64,000 nucleotides of DNA from the human T2T-CHM13v2.0 reference genome, Homo sapiens. Below are positions 25,501 through 38,800 of this stretch, one piece after another. Every line of letters begins with the position of its first letter. Within the stretch, counting starts at the first letter, position 1. The stretch is from NCBI RefSeq assembly GCF_009914755.1, contig NC_060942.1, one strand, 5' to 3'. The position numbers were made by a program, and so were the translations under genes. Under the pieces are notes generated by a model. The model ran no database searches. It worked only from the letters and a program-made list of their open reading frames with translations, and was not told where the DNA came from.

Positions 25501-28500
25501 CTGTCTTGTGCCTACGCCTGCCACATGAATCACCTCATTGCCCCTGGACATTCTGATATGATTGGGAGGCTTCCTGAGTCCTTCCAGATTCAGAAGCCAT
25601 TATGTTTCCTTATGGCCTGCAGAATCATGAGCCAATTAAACCTCTTTTCTTTATGATCATAGAGAAAATTAGTGGAGCAAAGTGGAACTATTAAATGTCA
25701 ATGTCTTGCAAATCAGCACTCAGCTTCTTTTCATTCAAGTATGTGAAGGCTTCATGAATTTTCCCCCTGAAAATGGACTTGTCTTCCTTTACCACATTGC
25801 CAGGCTGTGGCAAAAATAGTGATAATGTAGAAGCAGGTTCAGAAGGGAGTAGCGGACAGAGGTTGGGAGAGTTTGGAGGGCTTCAAAGACAAGAAGATGA
25901 ATGAAAGTTTGGATCTTTGTAAAGAATTGTTAAACACTTGTGATCAGAAGGCTCACAGGAAAATGGTCAGTGAAAGCCCGACTTAGAAGGTCTCAGATGA
26001 AAATGAAGCACTTACTGGGAACAGAAGTCAAAGTTACTTTTGTTTCCTTAGCAAAGAACGTGGCTGCACAGTGACCTCGCCGTGGAGATCTCTGAAACTT
26101 TGAACATGAGGGTGATGATTTACTGAGTATCTGGTGGAATGAACTGGGCAGCAAAGCTCAAGAGGTGTCCTGTCTCCATCAAACAGCCTGTGCTCTTATG
26201 TCTGATGGAGAAAATGACCTCTGGATGAGACTTACAGTAAATGAGTCCCGACTCTTACATTACATGAGAAACAGAACTCAAAAGTTTGGCAAATTTGCAG
26301 CCCGGACATGTGGTCAAAAAGAAAAGCTGATTTTCAGGGGGAAAATTGAGGAAGGCTTCAGAAACTTGCATGAAAAGGAGCCCAGTGCTATTAGACAAGA
26401 CAATAGGGAAAAGGCCTGGAAGGCATTTCAGAGAAGTTTGCAGCAGCCCTTGCTGTTAGAGGCCCTGGGGCCTAGGAGAGAAGAATGGTTTCCTGGGCGA
26501 GTTCCATGACCCCCCTCTGTGTGCAGCCTCAGGACACTGCTGCCTGCATCCCTGCAGCTCCAGCTCCAGCTCCAGCTCCAGTCATGATTGAAAAATGCAC
26601 AGGTACAGCTTGGGTCACTGCTACAGAGCGTGCCGCCTAGAAGCCTTGGTAACTTCCTCATAGTGTTAAGCCACTGGTGGACGGAGCATGAGAATAGAGG
26701 CTTGGGAACCTCTCTATAGATTTTGGAAGATGTATGGAAATGCCTGGGTGTCCAGGCAAAAGCATCCCAAAAAGGCAGAGCCTTATATGAAACTTCTACT
26801 AGGGCAGTGCAGAAGGAAAACATGGGCTTGGAACGTCCACACTGGAGGCCACCATCCTGCAGACCCCAGATTCATAGACCCCCAACAACTTGCATCCTCA
26901 GTGGGGAAAAGTCACAGGCACTCAACACCAGCCAAGCCCCTGAGGGCAGCCTTGGGGCATAAACCCTGCAAAGCCACAGGTGCCAAGCTGCCCAAGGCCT
27001 TGGGAGCCCAGACCTCACACCCCTGTGCCATGGAGGTGGGACATAGTTTCAAAAAGGGTGATTTTGAAGCTGTAGGATTGAATGACTGGCCTTCTGGTTT
27101 GGAGTTTCTTGGGACCGGTAAGTCCTGTGTGTGTTTTGTTTTTTTCTGGCAAAATTATTCCTTTTGGCTGGGAATGCTTACCCAATGCCTGTGCAAGCAT
27201 TGTGCCTTGGAAGTAGTTAATTTGCTTTATATTTCAGAGGCTCATGGGCCTAAGCGACCGTAGCCTTGTGTCAGATGAGACTTTAAACTTTGAACATTTG
27301 TATAAATGCTGTAATGATATAAGATTTTAGGAGACTGTAGGGAAGGCATCATTATATTTTGCAATGTGAGAAGGACATGTGATTTGGGGAGCCAGGGACA
27401 GAATAATAAAATTCAGCTCTGTGTCTCTACCAAAACTTATGTGGAATTATCATCGGAATGTTAAAGGTGGTGCCTGGTGGAAAGTGATTTAATCAGGGTG
27501 GAGAGTGGGGGTTGGAAGATGGGGCATAGGGAGAATGGGGGATTTATGGTGCGGGTGAGGAGTGAAAATTGGGGGTTGGGGGGCGGATGCTTCACAAATG
27601 ATTAAACACTCTCCTTATTGTTGTCCTTGTGATAGTGAGTTCTCTTCATGATTTTGGAGCTGTAAGATTGAATGGATACTGGCCTTCTGGGTTTCGGACT
27701 TGTATTGGGTCTGTGGTCCCATTTGTGTTTTCTTCCTGGGAAATTCCTTCCCTTTGGATTGAAAAAGCTTACCCAAAGCCTGTACCATTATTGTACTTTG
27801 AAAGAAAAGAACATACTTTTAAATTCAGGGACTCATAGGCAAAAGGTACTGTAGACTTGTCTCAGATGAGATGTTGATTTTTTTACATTTGAGTTAATGT
27901 TGGAATGAGTTAAGACTTTTGGAAACTTTTAAAAAGGCATGAATATATTTTGCTCTGTGAGAAGGTCATGAGTCTGTGGGGATCAGGGTCAGAATAATAT
28001 GATTTGGCTGTGTTTCTTTACCAAAACTCGTGTGAATTGTAATCCTTAGTGTTGGAGGTGGGGCCTGGCTGGAGGTGATTTAATCATGGATGGGAGGGGG
28101 CCGGAGGTGGAAGGAAAAGGGGTGGATAGGGTGAGGAGTAGATTGTTAGTAGGGTGGTGAGAGGGTGGTGGGTAGCAGGAAGGGGGAGTAGCCTGCTGCA
28201 GAGGCAGAGGCTCATGGAAATTCTCTGCTAGGGCAGAGCACCTGTGGCTTTGCAGGGTGTAGCCCCCATGGCTGCTCTCATGAGATGGGCTGGTATGGAG
28301 TGCCTGTAGCTTTTCCACGCAGAGAGTGCAAGCTGTTGGTGGGTCTATGAATCTGCAGTCTGGAGGATGGTGGCCTCCTGTGTGGGGGCTCCAAGCCCAT
28401 ATTTTCCTTCTGCACTGCACTCGTACAGGTTCTCCATGAGGTTCTGCCTCTGCAGGAGGCTTCTGCCTGGAAACAGTAGGCGGTGGTGTGGTTGGATCTT

Positions 28501-31500
28501 TCAACATTGGTTAATCTTCCTGATGCTGATCTCCTGAGAGTGAGATCTCATGAGATCTGGTTGTATGACGTGGTGTGACACCTCTTTCCTCTCTGTGTCT
28601 TCTTCCTACTCCTGCCATATGGAACATCTCATTGTCACTTGGCCTTCTGGTATGATTGGGAGGCTCCCTGAGTCCTCCCAGAAGCAGAAACCACTTGCTG
28701 CCTTTACAGCCTGCAGAAACATGAGCCAATTAAACCTCTTTTAAAAATAATATTACAGAAAATTTGTACTGTAGAGTGGAGCTATGAAATGCCATCAAGG
28801 TGTTTTCCTCTTTTTTTTTTTTTTTACTATTAGCATTTGGCTTCTTTATATGGAAATATCTGAAGGCTTCTTGAATTTTCTCCCTGAAAATGGACTGTTC
28901 TTCTTTTACCACATTGCCAGGCTGCCACAACGGTAGCTGAAATTCGAGAAGCAGGTTCAGAAGTGGGTAACGACCGGAGGCTGCACAGTTTGGGGGGCTT
29001 GGAAGAAGACAGAAAGATGAGGGAAAATTTGGACTATTGTAGAGACGTGTTAAATTAAAAGGGTGAGAATAGAGACTTGTTACATAGCTATAATTAAAAG
29101 AGTGACTGAAGGATGGACAGTGAAGGCCAGGCTTAGAAGGTCTCAGATGAAAATGAGCAACTTACTGGGAACAGGAGTCAAGGTTACTTTTGTTTTGCCT
29201 TAGCAAAGAACTTGGCTGGATGGTGTCCCTGCCCTGGAGACCTCTGAAACTTTGAACTTGAGGGTGATGATTTAGGGTATATCTGGTGAAATGAAGTAGG
29301 CAGCAAAGCTCAATAGGTGTCTTGTCTGTTTTGAACAGCCTGTGGTCTTCTGTGTGACTATATATAAATGACCTCAAGTTGAAAGTTATATTTAAATGAG
29401 AAGCAGGGCTTAAAAGTCTGGAAAATTTGCAGCCTGGCCAGGTGTTAAAAAAGAAAAGCCGATTTTCAGTCGGAAAATTCAAGAAGGCTTCAGAAATTTT
29501 CATAAAATGGAGCCCAGTGCTAATAGCTAAGACAATGTTTAAAAGGTCTTGAAGCTATTTCAGAGACCTTTGCAGCAGAGCTTGCTGTCAGAGGCCCCGA
29601 GTTCTAGAACGCAAGAATGCTTTCCTGGGTCAGTCCCATGGGCGCGCTGCTGTGTCCGTCCTCAGGACACTGCTGCCTGCATCCCTGCAGCTCCAGCTCC
29701 AGCTCCAGCCATCGCTGAAAGATGCACAGGTACAGCTTGCATCACTGCTTCAGAGGTGCAAGCTTCAAACCTTGGTGGCTTCCACATAGTACTAAGCCAG
29801 CAGGTGCATAGAACACAAAAGTAGAGGCTTTGGAGCCTTTGTCTAGACTCCAGAGTATGTACGGGAACACCTGGGTGTTCAGGCAGAAGTTTTCCAAGAG
29901 GCAGAGCCTCATGGGAAACCTTTACTAGGGCAGTACAGAAGGAACATATAGGTTTGGAGCCCCCACACAGGAATGCACCATTTTCCAGACCCCAGATTCA
30001 TAGACCCACCAACTGCTGGCACCCTCAGTGTGGACAAGCCACAGGCACTCAACACCTGCCCAGCCCATGAGGGCACCTGTGGGGGATAGACCCTTCACAG
30101 CCACAGATGCTGAGCTGCCCAAGGACTTGGGAGCCCAGCCATCCACCCCTGTGCTCCAGATGTGGAGTATAGATTCAGAAAAGATGATTTGGGGGTTGTA
30201 GGATTCAATGACTGGCTTGCTGTGTTTTTGAATTTCATGGGGTCTGTAAGTCCCATCTGTGTTTTGTGCTTCTTTCTGGCAAATTTTTTCCTTTTGTCTG
30301 GGAATGCTTACCCAACGCCTGTACAATCATTGCACCTTGGGAGTAGTAAACTTGCTTTATATATAATTCAGTGGCTCATGGTCAGGAGGGACTGTAGATT
30401 TGTCTCAGATGAGACTCTGGGCTTTGGGCGTATGAGTAAATGCTGGAATGAGTTAAGATTTGAGAGACTCTAGGGAAGGCATCATTGCATTTTGCAATGT
30501 GAGAAAGACATGAACATTGGGGGACCGGGGATAGAATAATATGTTTTGGCTCTCTGTGTCTACCAAAACTCATGTGGAATGTTAATGGGAAATGTTAAAT
30601 GTGGGGGCTGGTGGAAGGTGATTTAATCATGTTGGAGAGAGGAGGTTGGATGGTTGGGGGTTGGGGAGGGTTGGGGGTGATTGGGTGGTGAGTAGGGTTG
30701 GAGCGATTGTGGTGGGGTTGGGGGTGTAAGGCAGGGGCTGGGGTGCATCCTTCACAAATGGTTAAACACCATCTCCTTAATGCCGTCCTTCTGATAGTGA
30801 GTTCTCTTCATGATTTTGGAGCTGTGAGATTGAATGAACACTGACCTGTGGGATTTTGGGTGTCCATTGGGCCTGTGGTCCCATTTGTGTTATTTTTCGT
30901 GGAAATTTCTTCCCTTTGGATTGAGAGAGCTTACCCAATACCTGTACCATCATTGTACCTTGAAAGAAATGAACACACTTTTAACTTCAGGGACTCATAG
31001 GCAGAAGAGACTGTGGCCTTGTCTCAGATGAGACTTTGAACTTTTTACATTTGAGTTAATGTGGGAATGAGTTAAGGCTTTTGGAAACTTTGAAAAGACA
31101 CAATTGTATTTTCTTCTGTGAGAAGGATATGAGATTTGGGGGGGTCAAGGTCAGCATAATAAGATTTGGCTGTGTGTCCCTGGAAAATCTCATGTTGAAT
31201 TGCAATCCCAAATGTTGGAGTTGGGGCCTGGTGGGAGATTATTTAATCATGGGTGGGAGGGTTAGGGGTGGAAGAAAAAAGGGGTGGGTAGGGTGGGGAA
31301 GAGTAGGCTGGCTGTAGGGTGGTGGGAGGGTGGTGGGTAGTAGGTAGGGGGAGTAGCCTGCTGCAGAGGCAGAGGCTCCTGGAAAACCTCTACCAGGGTA
31401 GTGCACCAGTGGCTTTGCAGGCTTTAGCCCCCATGGCTGCTCTCATGGGCTGGGCTGCTGTTGAGTGCCTATCACTTTTCCATACTGAGGGTGTGAACTT

Positions 31501-34500
31501 TTGGTAGGTCTATGAATCTGGGGTCTAGAGGATGGTGGGCTCCTGCATAGTCACTCAAAGCCCTTATTTTCCTTGTGCACTGCCATAGTACAGGATTTCC
31601 AGGAGCCTCTGCCTCTGCAGCAGGTTTCTGTCTGGAACGGTAGCCGGTGGAGATGTGTTGGGGGGTGGATCCTTCACCAATGGTTAAGCACCATCTTCTT
31701 GATGCTGACCTAGTGATAATGGGTTCTCATGAGATCTGGTTATAGGACGGTGTGGCACCTCTTTCCTCTCTCAGCCTTGCTCCTACTCCTGCTGTATGAA
31801 ACATTTCATTGCTGTTTTCCTACTGGTATGATTGGGAGGCTTCCTGAGTCCTCCCAGAAGCAGAAGCCACTATGCTTTCTTTACAGCCTGCAGAACCATG
31901 AGCCAATTAAACCCCTTTTCATTATGATCATACAGAAAATAAAGTACTGCGAAGTGGAGCTATGAAATATCTTCAATGACATTTCCCCATCGTCTTGGCT
32001 ATTAACATTGGACTTCTTTTAATGCAAATATCTGAAGGCTTCTTGAAGTTTCCCCCTGAAAATGGACTTCTTTTTCTTCTGCATTGCCAGGCTGCAACAA
32101 AGATAGCTGAAAATGTAAAGCAGGTTCAGAAGTGGGTAACAGCCAGAGGTTGGAGAGTCTGGAGATCTTGAAAGAAGACAGGAAGATGAAGGAAAGTTTG
32201 GACCATTGTGGGCACTTGTCAAATAGTTGTAATTAAAGGCTGGCAGAAGGATGGAAGTGAAGGCCAGGCTTACAAGGTCTCAGATGAAAATGAGGAACTT
32301 ACTGGGAATGGGAGCCAAGGTTAAGTTTTGTTTTGCTTTAGCAAAGAACATGGCTGCAGGGCGACCTTGCCCTCAAGATCTGTGAAACTTTGAACTCAAG
32401 GGTGATGATTTAGTGCATATCTGGTGGAATGAACTTCTAGGCAGCGTAGCACAATGGGAGGGGGTGTCTGCATCAAACAGCCTGTGCTCTAATGTGTGAC
32501 CGAGGTTATGTGTGACCGAGGAAATGACCTCAAGTTGGAAGTTATATGTAAATGACAAGCAGAGCTCAAAAGTTTGGAATATCTGCAGCCTGGCCAAGTG
32601 ATCAAAAAGAGAAGCTGATTTTCAGGGGGAAAATTCATGAAGGCTCCAGAAATTTGCTTAAAATGGAGGCCAGTGCTAATAGCCAAGACAATGGGGGAAA
32701 AAGCCTTGGAGGCATTTCAGAGATGTTTGCAGCAGCACTTGCTGTCAGGCCCTGGGTCCTAGGAGAGATGAATGGTTTCCTGGGCCAGCCCTGTGACCCT
32801 GTTGCTGTGTGCAGCCTCAGGACACTGCTGCTTGCATCCCGGCAGCCCCAGCTCCTGCTCCGACCTTGGCTGAAAGATGCACAGGTACAGATTGCATCAC
32901 TGCTTCAGAGGGTACAGGCCATAAGACTTCATGGCTTCCACATAGTGTTAAGCCAGTGAATGCACAGAGCACTAGTCCAGAGGCTTCGGAGCCTTCATGT
33001 AGATTTCGGAAGACATACGAAAATGCCTGGGTGTCCAGACAGAAGGCGCCAAAAAAGCAGAGCCTCCTGGGAAACCTCTACTAGGGCAGTGCAGAAGGAA
33101 AATATGGGGTTGGAGCCCCCACACTGGAGGCCAGCATCATGCAGACCCCAGATTCATAGACCCACCAAGAACTTTGTACCCCCTGTGGGTAAAAACTACA
33201 GGTAGTCAACACCAGCACAGCCCATGAGGGCAGCTGTGGGGACTGAACACTGCAAAGCCACAGGTAGAGAGCTGCCCAAGGCCTTGGGAACCCCGCCCTC
33301 ATACCCTTGTGCCCTGGATGTGGGACAAGGATTAAAAAAGGATGACTTTGGAGCTGTAGGTTTGAATAACTGGCCGGCTGGGTTTTGGATTTTCATGGGA
33401 CCTGTAAGTCCCGTTTGTGTTTTGTTCTTCTCTCTGGCAAAAATCTTCCTTTTGGTTGGGAATTCTTACTCAATGTCTGGACAATCATACCTTGGAAGCA
33501 GTTAACTTGCTTTGTATTTCCGAGGCTCAGGAGCAGAAGGGACTGCATCTTTGTCTTAGATGAGAGTTTGGGCTTCAGACATTTGAGTAAATGCTGGAAT
33601 GAGTTAAGACCTTGGGGGTCTTAGCCAAGATGATGGGGAAAAGTCATTGAAGGCATTTCATAGCTTCACTTCACAGTACTAATTTTCTGTATGATCATAC
33701 CAAAAAGGTGTTTAATTGGCTCATGATTCTGCAGGCTGTAAAAAAAAAGCACAGTGGCTTGGGGAATGGTACGTAAGGCATCATTGTATTTTGCAAAGTG
33801 AGAAGGACATGAGATTTGTGGGGCAGGGACAGAATAATAAGATTTGGCTGTGTGTCCCTATGGAAACTCATGTGGAATTGTAATCAGAAATGTTAAAAGT
33901 GGGACCAGGTGGAAGGTGATTTAATCATGGAGGGCACTGGGTGTTGGAAGGGGGGGATTGGGGAAAATGGGTAGATTATGGTGGGAGTGAGGGGTGAAAA
34001 GTGGGGGTGGGGGAGGATCCTTCACAAATGGTTAAACATCATCTCCTTAATCCTTTCCTCATGATGGTGAGTTCTCGTGATGGTTTTGGAGCTGTGAGAT
34101 TGAATGGATACTGGCCTCCTGGGTTTTGGACTTGCATTGGCCCTGTCATCCCATTTGTGTTATTTTCCTGGCAAACATCTCCCCTTTGGATTGAGAAAAC
34201 TTACCCAATGCCTGTACCATCATTGTACCTTGAAAGAAAAGAAATCCCTTTTAAATTCAGGAACTTATAGGCCAAAGGGTCTGTAGCCTTTTCTCAGGTG
34301 AGACGTTGAACTTTTTACATTTGAGTTAATGCTGAAATGACTTAAGACTTTCGGCAACTTTTGAAAAGGCATGATTGTATTTTAGTCTGTGAGACGGATA
34401 TCATATTCGGGGGTTCAGGGTCAGAATAATATGGTTTAGCTGTGTCCCTACCTAAACTCACATGTAATTGTAATCCCGAATGTTGCATATGGGGCCTGGT

Positions 34501-35867
34501 GGGAGGTGATTTATTCATGGATTGGAGAGGGGTTGGATTGGAAGTAAAAACAGGTGGGCAAGTTGGGGAGGAGTAGGCTGGCTGTAGGGTTGTGTGTAGC
34601 AGGAGGGGAGTAGCCTGCCGCAGATGCAGAGGCTCATGGGAAAACTCTACTAAGGCAGTGCACCTGTGACTTTGCAGGGTTTAGCACCTGTAGCTGCTCT
34701 CATGGGCTGGGCTGGTGTTGAGTGCCTGTTGCTTTTCCATACATGGGGTGTGAGCTGTTGATGGGTCTGTGAATCTGGGTTCTGGAGGATGGTGGTATCC
34801 TACATGGGGTCTCCAAGCCCATAGTTTTCTTCTAAACAGCCATGGTAGAGGTTTTCCAAGAGGATCTGCCTCTGCCTCAGGCTTCTGCTTGGAAACAGTG
34901 GGTGGTAGATATGGGATAGTGGGCGGATCCTTTACCAACATTGAAGCACCATCTTCTTGATGCTGATCTCCTGATAGTGAGCTCTAATGAGATCTAGTTG
35001 TATAACAGGCTGTCGCACCTCTTTCCTCTCTCTGTCTTGCTTCTACTCCTGCCATATGAAACATTTCATTGCCGCTTGGCTTTCTGGTATGATTGGGAGG
35101 CTTCCTGAGTCCTACTATAAGCAGAAACCAGTATGCTTTCTTTATAGCCTGAAGAACTGTGAGTTAACTAACCTCTTTTTTTATGTACATACAGAAAATT
35201 AATGCTGCGAAGTGAAGCTATGAAATGACTTCTAGGCCTTCCCCCAATCTCTTGGCTATTAGCACTGAGCTTTTTCAATGCAAATATTGGAGGCCTTCTT
35301 GATGTTTCCCCCTGATGATGGACTTTTCTTCTTTTACCACATTGCCAGGCTACAAAAAAGATAGCTGACAGTGTAGAAGCAGGTTCTGAATTACATAATG
35401 GCCAGATGTTAGAGAGTTTGGAGAGCTTGGAAGAAAAGAGGAAGATGAGGGAAAGTTTTGACCATTGCAGAGACTTGTTAAATAGTTGTGATTAAAAGGC
35501 TAACATAAGGATGGACAGTGAAGGCCAGGTTTACAAGATCTCAGGTGAAAATGAAGGACTTACTGGGAAGAGGAGCCAAGGTTTTTTTGTTTTGCCTTAG
35601 CAAAGTAATTGACTACACAGTGACCCTTCCCGGGAGATCTGTGAAACTGAACTTGAGGGTGATGATTTAGAGTGTATCTGGTGGAATGAACTTCTAAGCA
35701 ACAATGCTCAAGAGTTTTCCTGCCTACATTGAACAGCCTGTGCACCTATGTGTGATCAAAGAAATGACCATAAGTTGGAACTTATATTTAAAAGAGAAGC
35801 AGAGTTTAAACATATGGAAAATTTGTAATCTGCACAAGTGGTCAAAAAGAAAAGCTGATTTTCAGGG
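19516..35867 (+). repeat. HOR copy 2 (5 monomers: A, B:C hybrid, D, E, F; ~16.35 kb)
   Basis: Colinear with copy 1 but lacks ~3.09 kb; B-type sequence switches to C-type within 23566-23605. Confidence 0.9.
24463..25011 (-). mobile_element. Solo LTR6-like element, second HOR copy
   Basis: Paralog of 8140-8687 at the same insertion point. Confidence 0.75.
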
Positions 35868-38800
35868 GGAAAGTCAAGAAGGCTTCAGATATTTGCATAA
35901 AAAGGATCCCAGTGCTAATAATTCAAGACAATGGGAAAAAGGCCTTGAAGGCATTTCAGAGACCTTTGTAGCAGCCCTTGCTGTCACTGGCCCTGGGGCC
36001 TAGGAGAAAAGAATAGTTTCCTGGCCCAGCCCCATGGCTCCACTGCTGTGTGCAGCCTCAGGACACTGCTGCCTGCATCCCTGCAGCTCCATCTCCAGCT
36101 CCAGCCATGGATGAAAGATGCACAGGTACAGCTTGCGTCACTGCTTCAGAGGATGCAAGCTCGAAGACTTGGTGGCTTCCACATGGTGTTAAGCCAGCAG
36201 GTGCATAAAGCAAGGACTAGAAGCTTCCGAGCCTTCATCTAGACTCCAGAGGATGTATCAGAAGGCTGATTGTCCAGCCAGAAGCTTTTTCAAGAGGCAG
36301 AGCCTCATGGTAAATCTATACTCAGGCAGTACACAAGCAGAGTATAGGGTTGGAGTCCCCATACAGGGAGGCACCATTTTCCATTCCCCAGTTTCATAGA
36401 CCCACCAGCTGCTTGCACCCTTAGTGTTGAAAAGCTACAGGTACTCAACACCAGCCTAGTCAATGAGGGCAGCTGTAGGGGAAAGATTCTGCAATGCCAC
36501 AGGTGCAGAGCTGCCCAAGGCCTTGGGATCCCAGCTGTCATATCACCCTGTGCTCTGGATGTGGACATAGATTCCAAAAAGATGATTTGGTTGTGTAGGA
36601 TGGATGACTGGCCTGCTGGGCTTTTGACTTGCAGGGGGTTTATAAGTCCCATCTGTGTTTTGTGCTTCTTTCTGGCAAATTTCTTCTTTTTGGCTAGGAA
36701 TGCTTCACCAATGCCTGTACAATCATTGTACCTTGGAAGTAGTTAATTTGCTGTGTATTTCAGAGTCTCAGGGCAGAAGAGACTGCAGCCTTGTCTAAGA
36801 AGAGACTGTGGGCTTTGGATATTTGAGTAAATGCTGGAATGAGTTAAGACTTGGGGGATTCTAGGGAAGGCATCGTTGCATTTTGCAATATGAAAAATAC
36901 ATGAGATTTGGGGGACCAGGGATAGAATAATATGTTTTGACTCTGTGTCTCTACCAAAACTCATGCGGAATTTTAATGGGAAATGTTAAAGGTGGGGGCT
37001 GGTGGAAGGTGATTTAATCATGTTGGAGCGTGGAGGGTGGATGCTGGGGGTGGTGGGGAGGGTTGGGGCTATAGGTGGGTGGGGAGGGTTGGGGTATTGT
37101 AGTACAGTTGTGGCTGAAAGGCAGGGGTGGGGGGTGGATCCTTCACAAATGGACATTTCAGTAAATGCTGGAATGAGTTCAGACATTGGGGGACCTTAGA
37201 GAACACATCATTATATTTTGCAGTAGAAGAAGGACATGAGATTGCGGACCAAGTGGAGAACAGTATGATTTGGCTCTGTGTCCCTTCCAAAACTCATCTG
37301 GAATTGTAATGGGGAATGTTAAATGTGGGGCTTGATAGAAGGTGATTTAATCATGGTAGAGAATGGGGGTTGGAAGGGGGATGTGGGAGAATGGGGGTGC
37401 AGGGTATGGGTGGGGGTGAAACGTTGGGATGGGCGGCAGATCCTTCACAAGTGATTAAATACTATCTCCTTAATGCAGTCTGTGTGATAGTGAGTTCTTA
37501 TGATAAATGAATGCTGTCCTGCTGGGTTTTGGACTCGCATTGGGCCTGTGTCCCATTTGTGTTATTTTTCTGGGAAAAACTTCCCTTTTGTTTGAGAAAG
37601 CTTACCCAGTGCCTGTGCCATCATTGTAACTTGAAAGAAAAGAATTGTCTTTTACATTCAGGGACTCATAGGCAGAAGAGATTGCAACCTTGTCTTGGAT
37701 GAGACTTGAACTTACTACATTTGAGTTACTGCTGGAATGAGTTAAGACCTTTTGAAACTTTTGAAAAGGTATGTTTGTATTTTTCTGTGTGAGAAGGACA
37801 TGAGATTTGGGGGTGTCAGGGTCAGAAAAATATGGTTTGACTGTGTTTCCCTACAAAAACTCATGGGGAATTGTACTCCTGACTGTTGTAGGTGGGGCCT
37901 GGTGGGAGGTGATTTAATCACAAACGGGAGGTTGGTAGGGGTGGAAGGGAAAACAAGTGGGTAGGGTGAGGAGGAGTAGGCTGGCAGTAGGGTGGTGAGA
38001 GGGTGGTGGGCAGAAGGAAGAGGGAGTAGCCTGCTGCAGAGGCAGAGCCTCATGGAAAACCTCTACCAGGGCAGTGTGCCTGTGGCTTTGCAGGGTGTAG
38101 CCCCCATGGCTGCCCTCGTGGGCTGGGCTAGTGTTGAGTGCCTGTAGCTTTTCCATACTGAGAATGCAAGCTGTTGGTGGGTCTATGAATCTGGGGTCTG
38201 GAGGATGGTAACCTCCTGCGTTGGGCTTCCAAGCCCATATATTTTTTCTGCACTGCCGTAGTACAGGTTTTCCAAGAGGCTCTGCCTCTGCCTGAGGCTT
38301 CTGCCTGGAAACAGTGGGGTGTGGGGGTGGTAGGGGACAGATCTTTCACCAATGGTTAAGCAACATCTTCTTGATGCTGCCTCGTGGTAGTGAGATCTCA
38401 GGAAATCTGTTTGTATAACAGGGTTATACAATGTGTGGCACATTTTTCCTCTCTCTGTCTTGTTTCTACTTGTGCCATATAAAACTTCCCATTGCTGCTT
38501 GCTCTTCTGGTATGATTGGGAGGCTTCCTGAGTCCTCCCAGAGGCAGAAGCCTCTAGGATTTATTTAAAGCTTGCAGAACCATGAACCAGTTCAACCTCT
38601 TTTCTTTCTGATCATACAGAAATTTAGTGCTGTGAAGTGGAGCTATGAAATGCCTTCAAGGCCTTTTCCTTATTGTGTTGGTAATCAGCACTCAGCTCCT
38701 TTTCAGGCAAATGTCTGAAGCCTGCATTAATTTTTCTCCTGAAATGGACTTTTCTTCTGTTACCACATTGCCAGGCTGTGACACATGTAGCTGAAAATGT

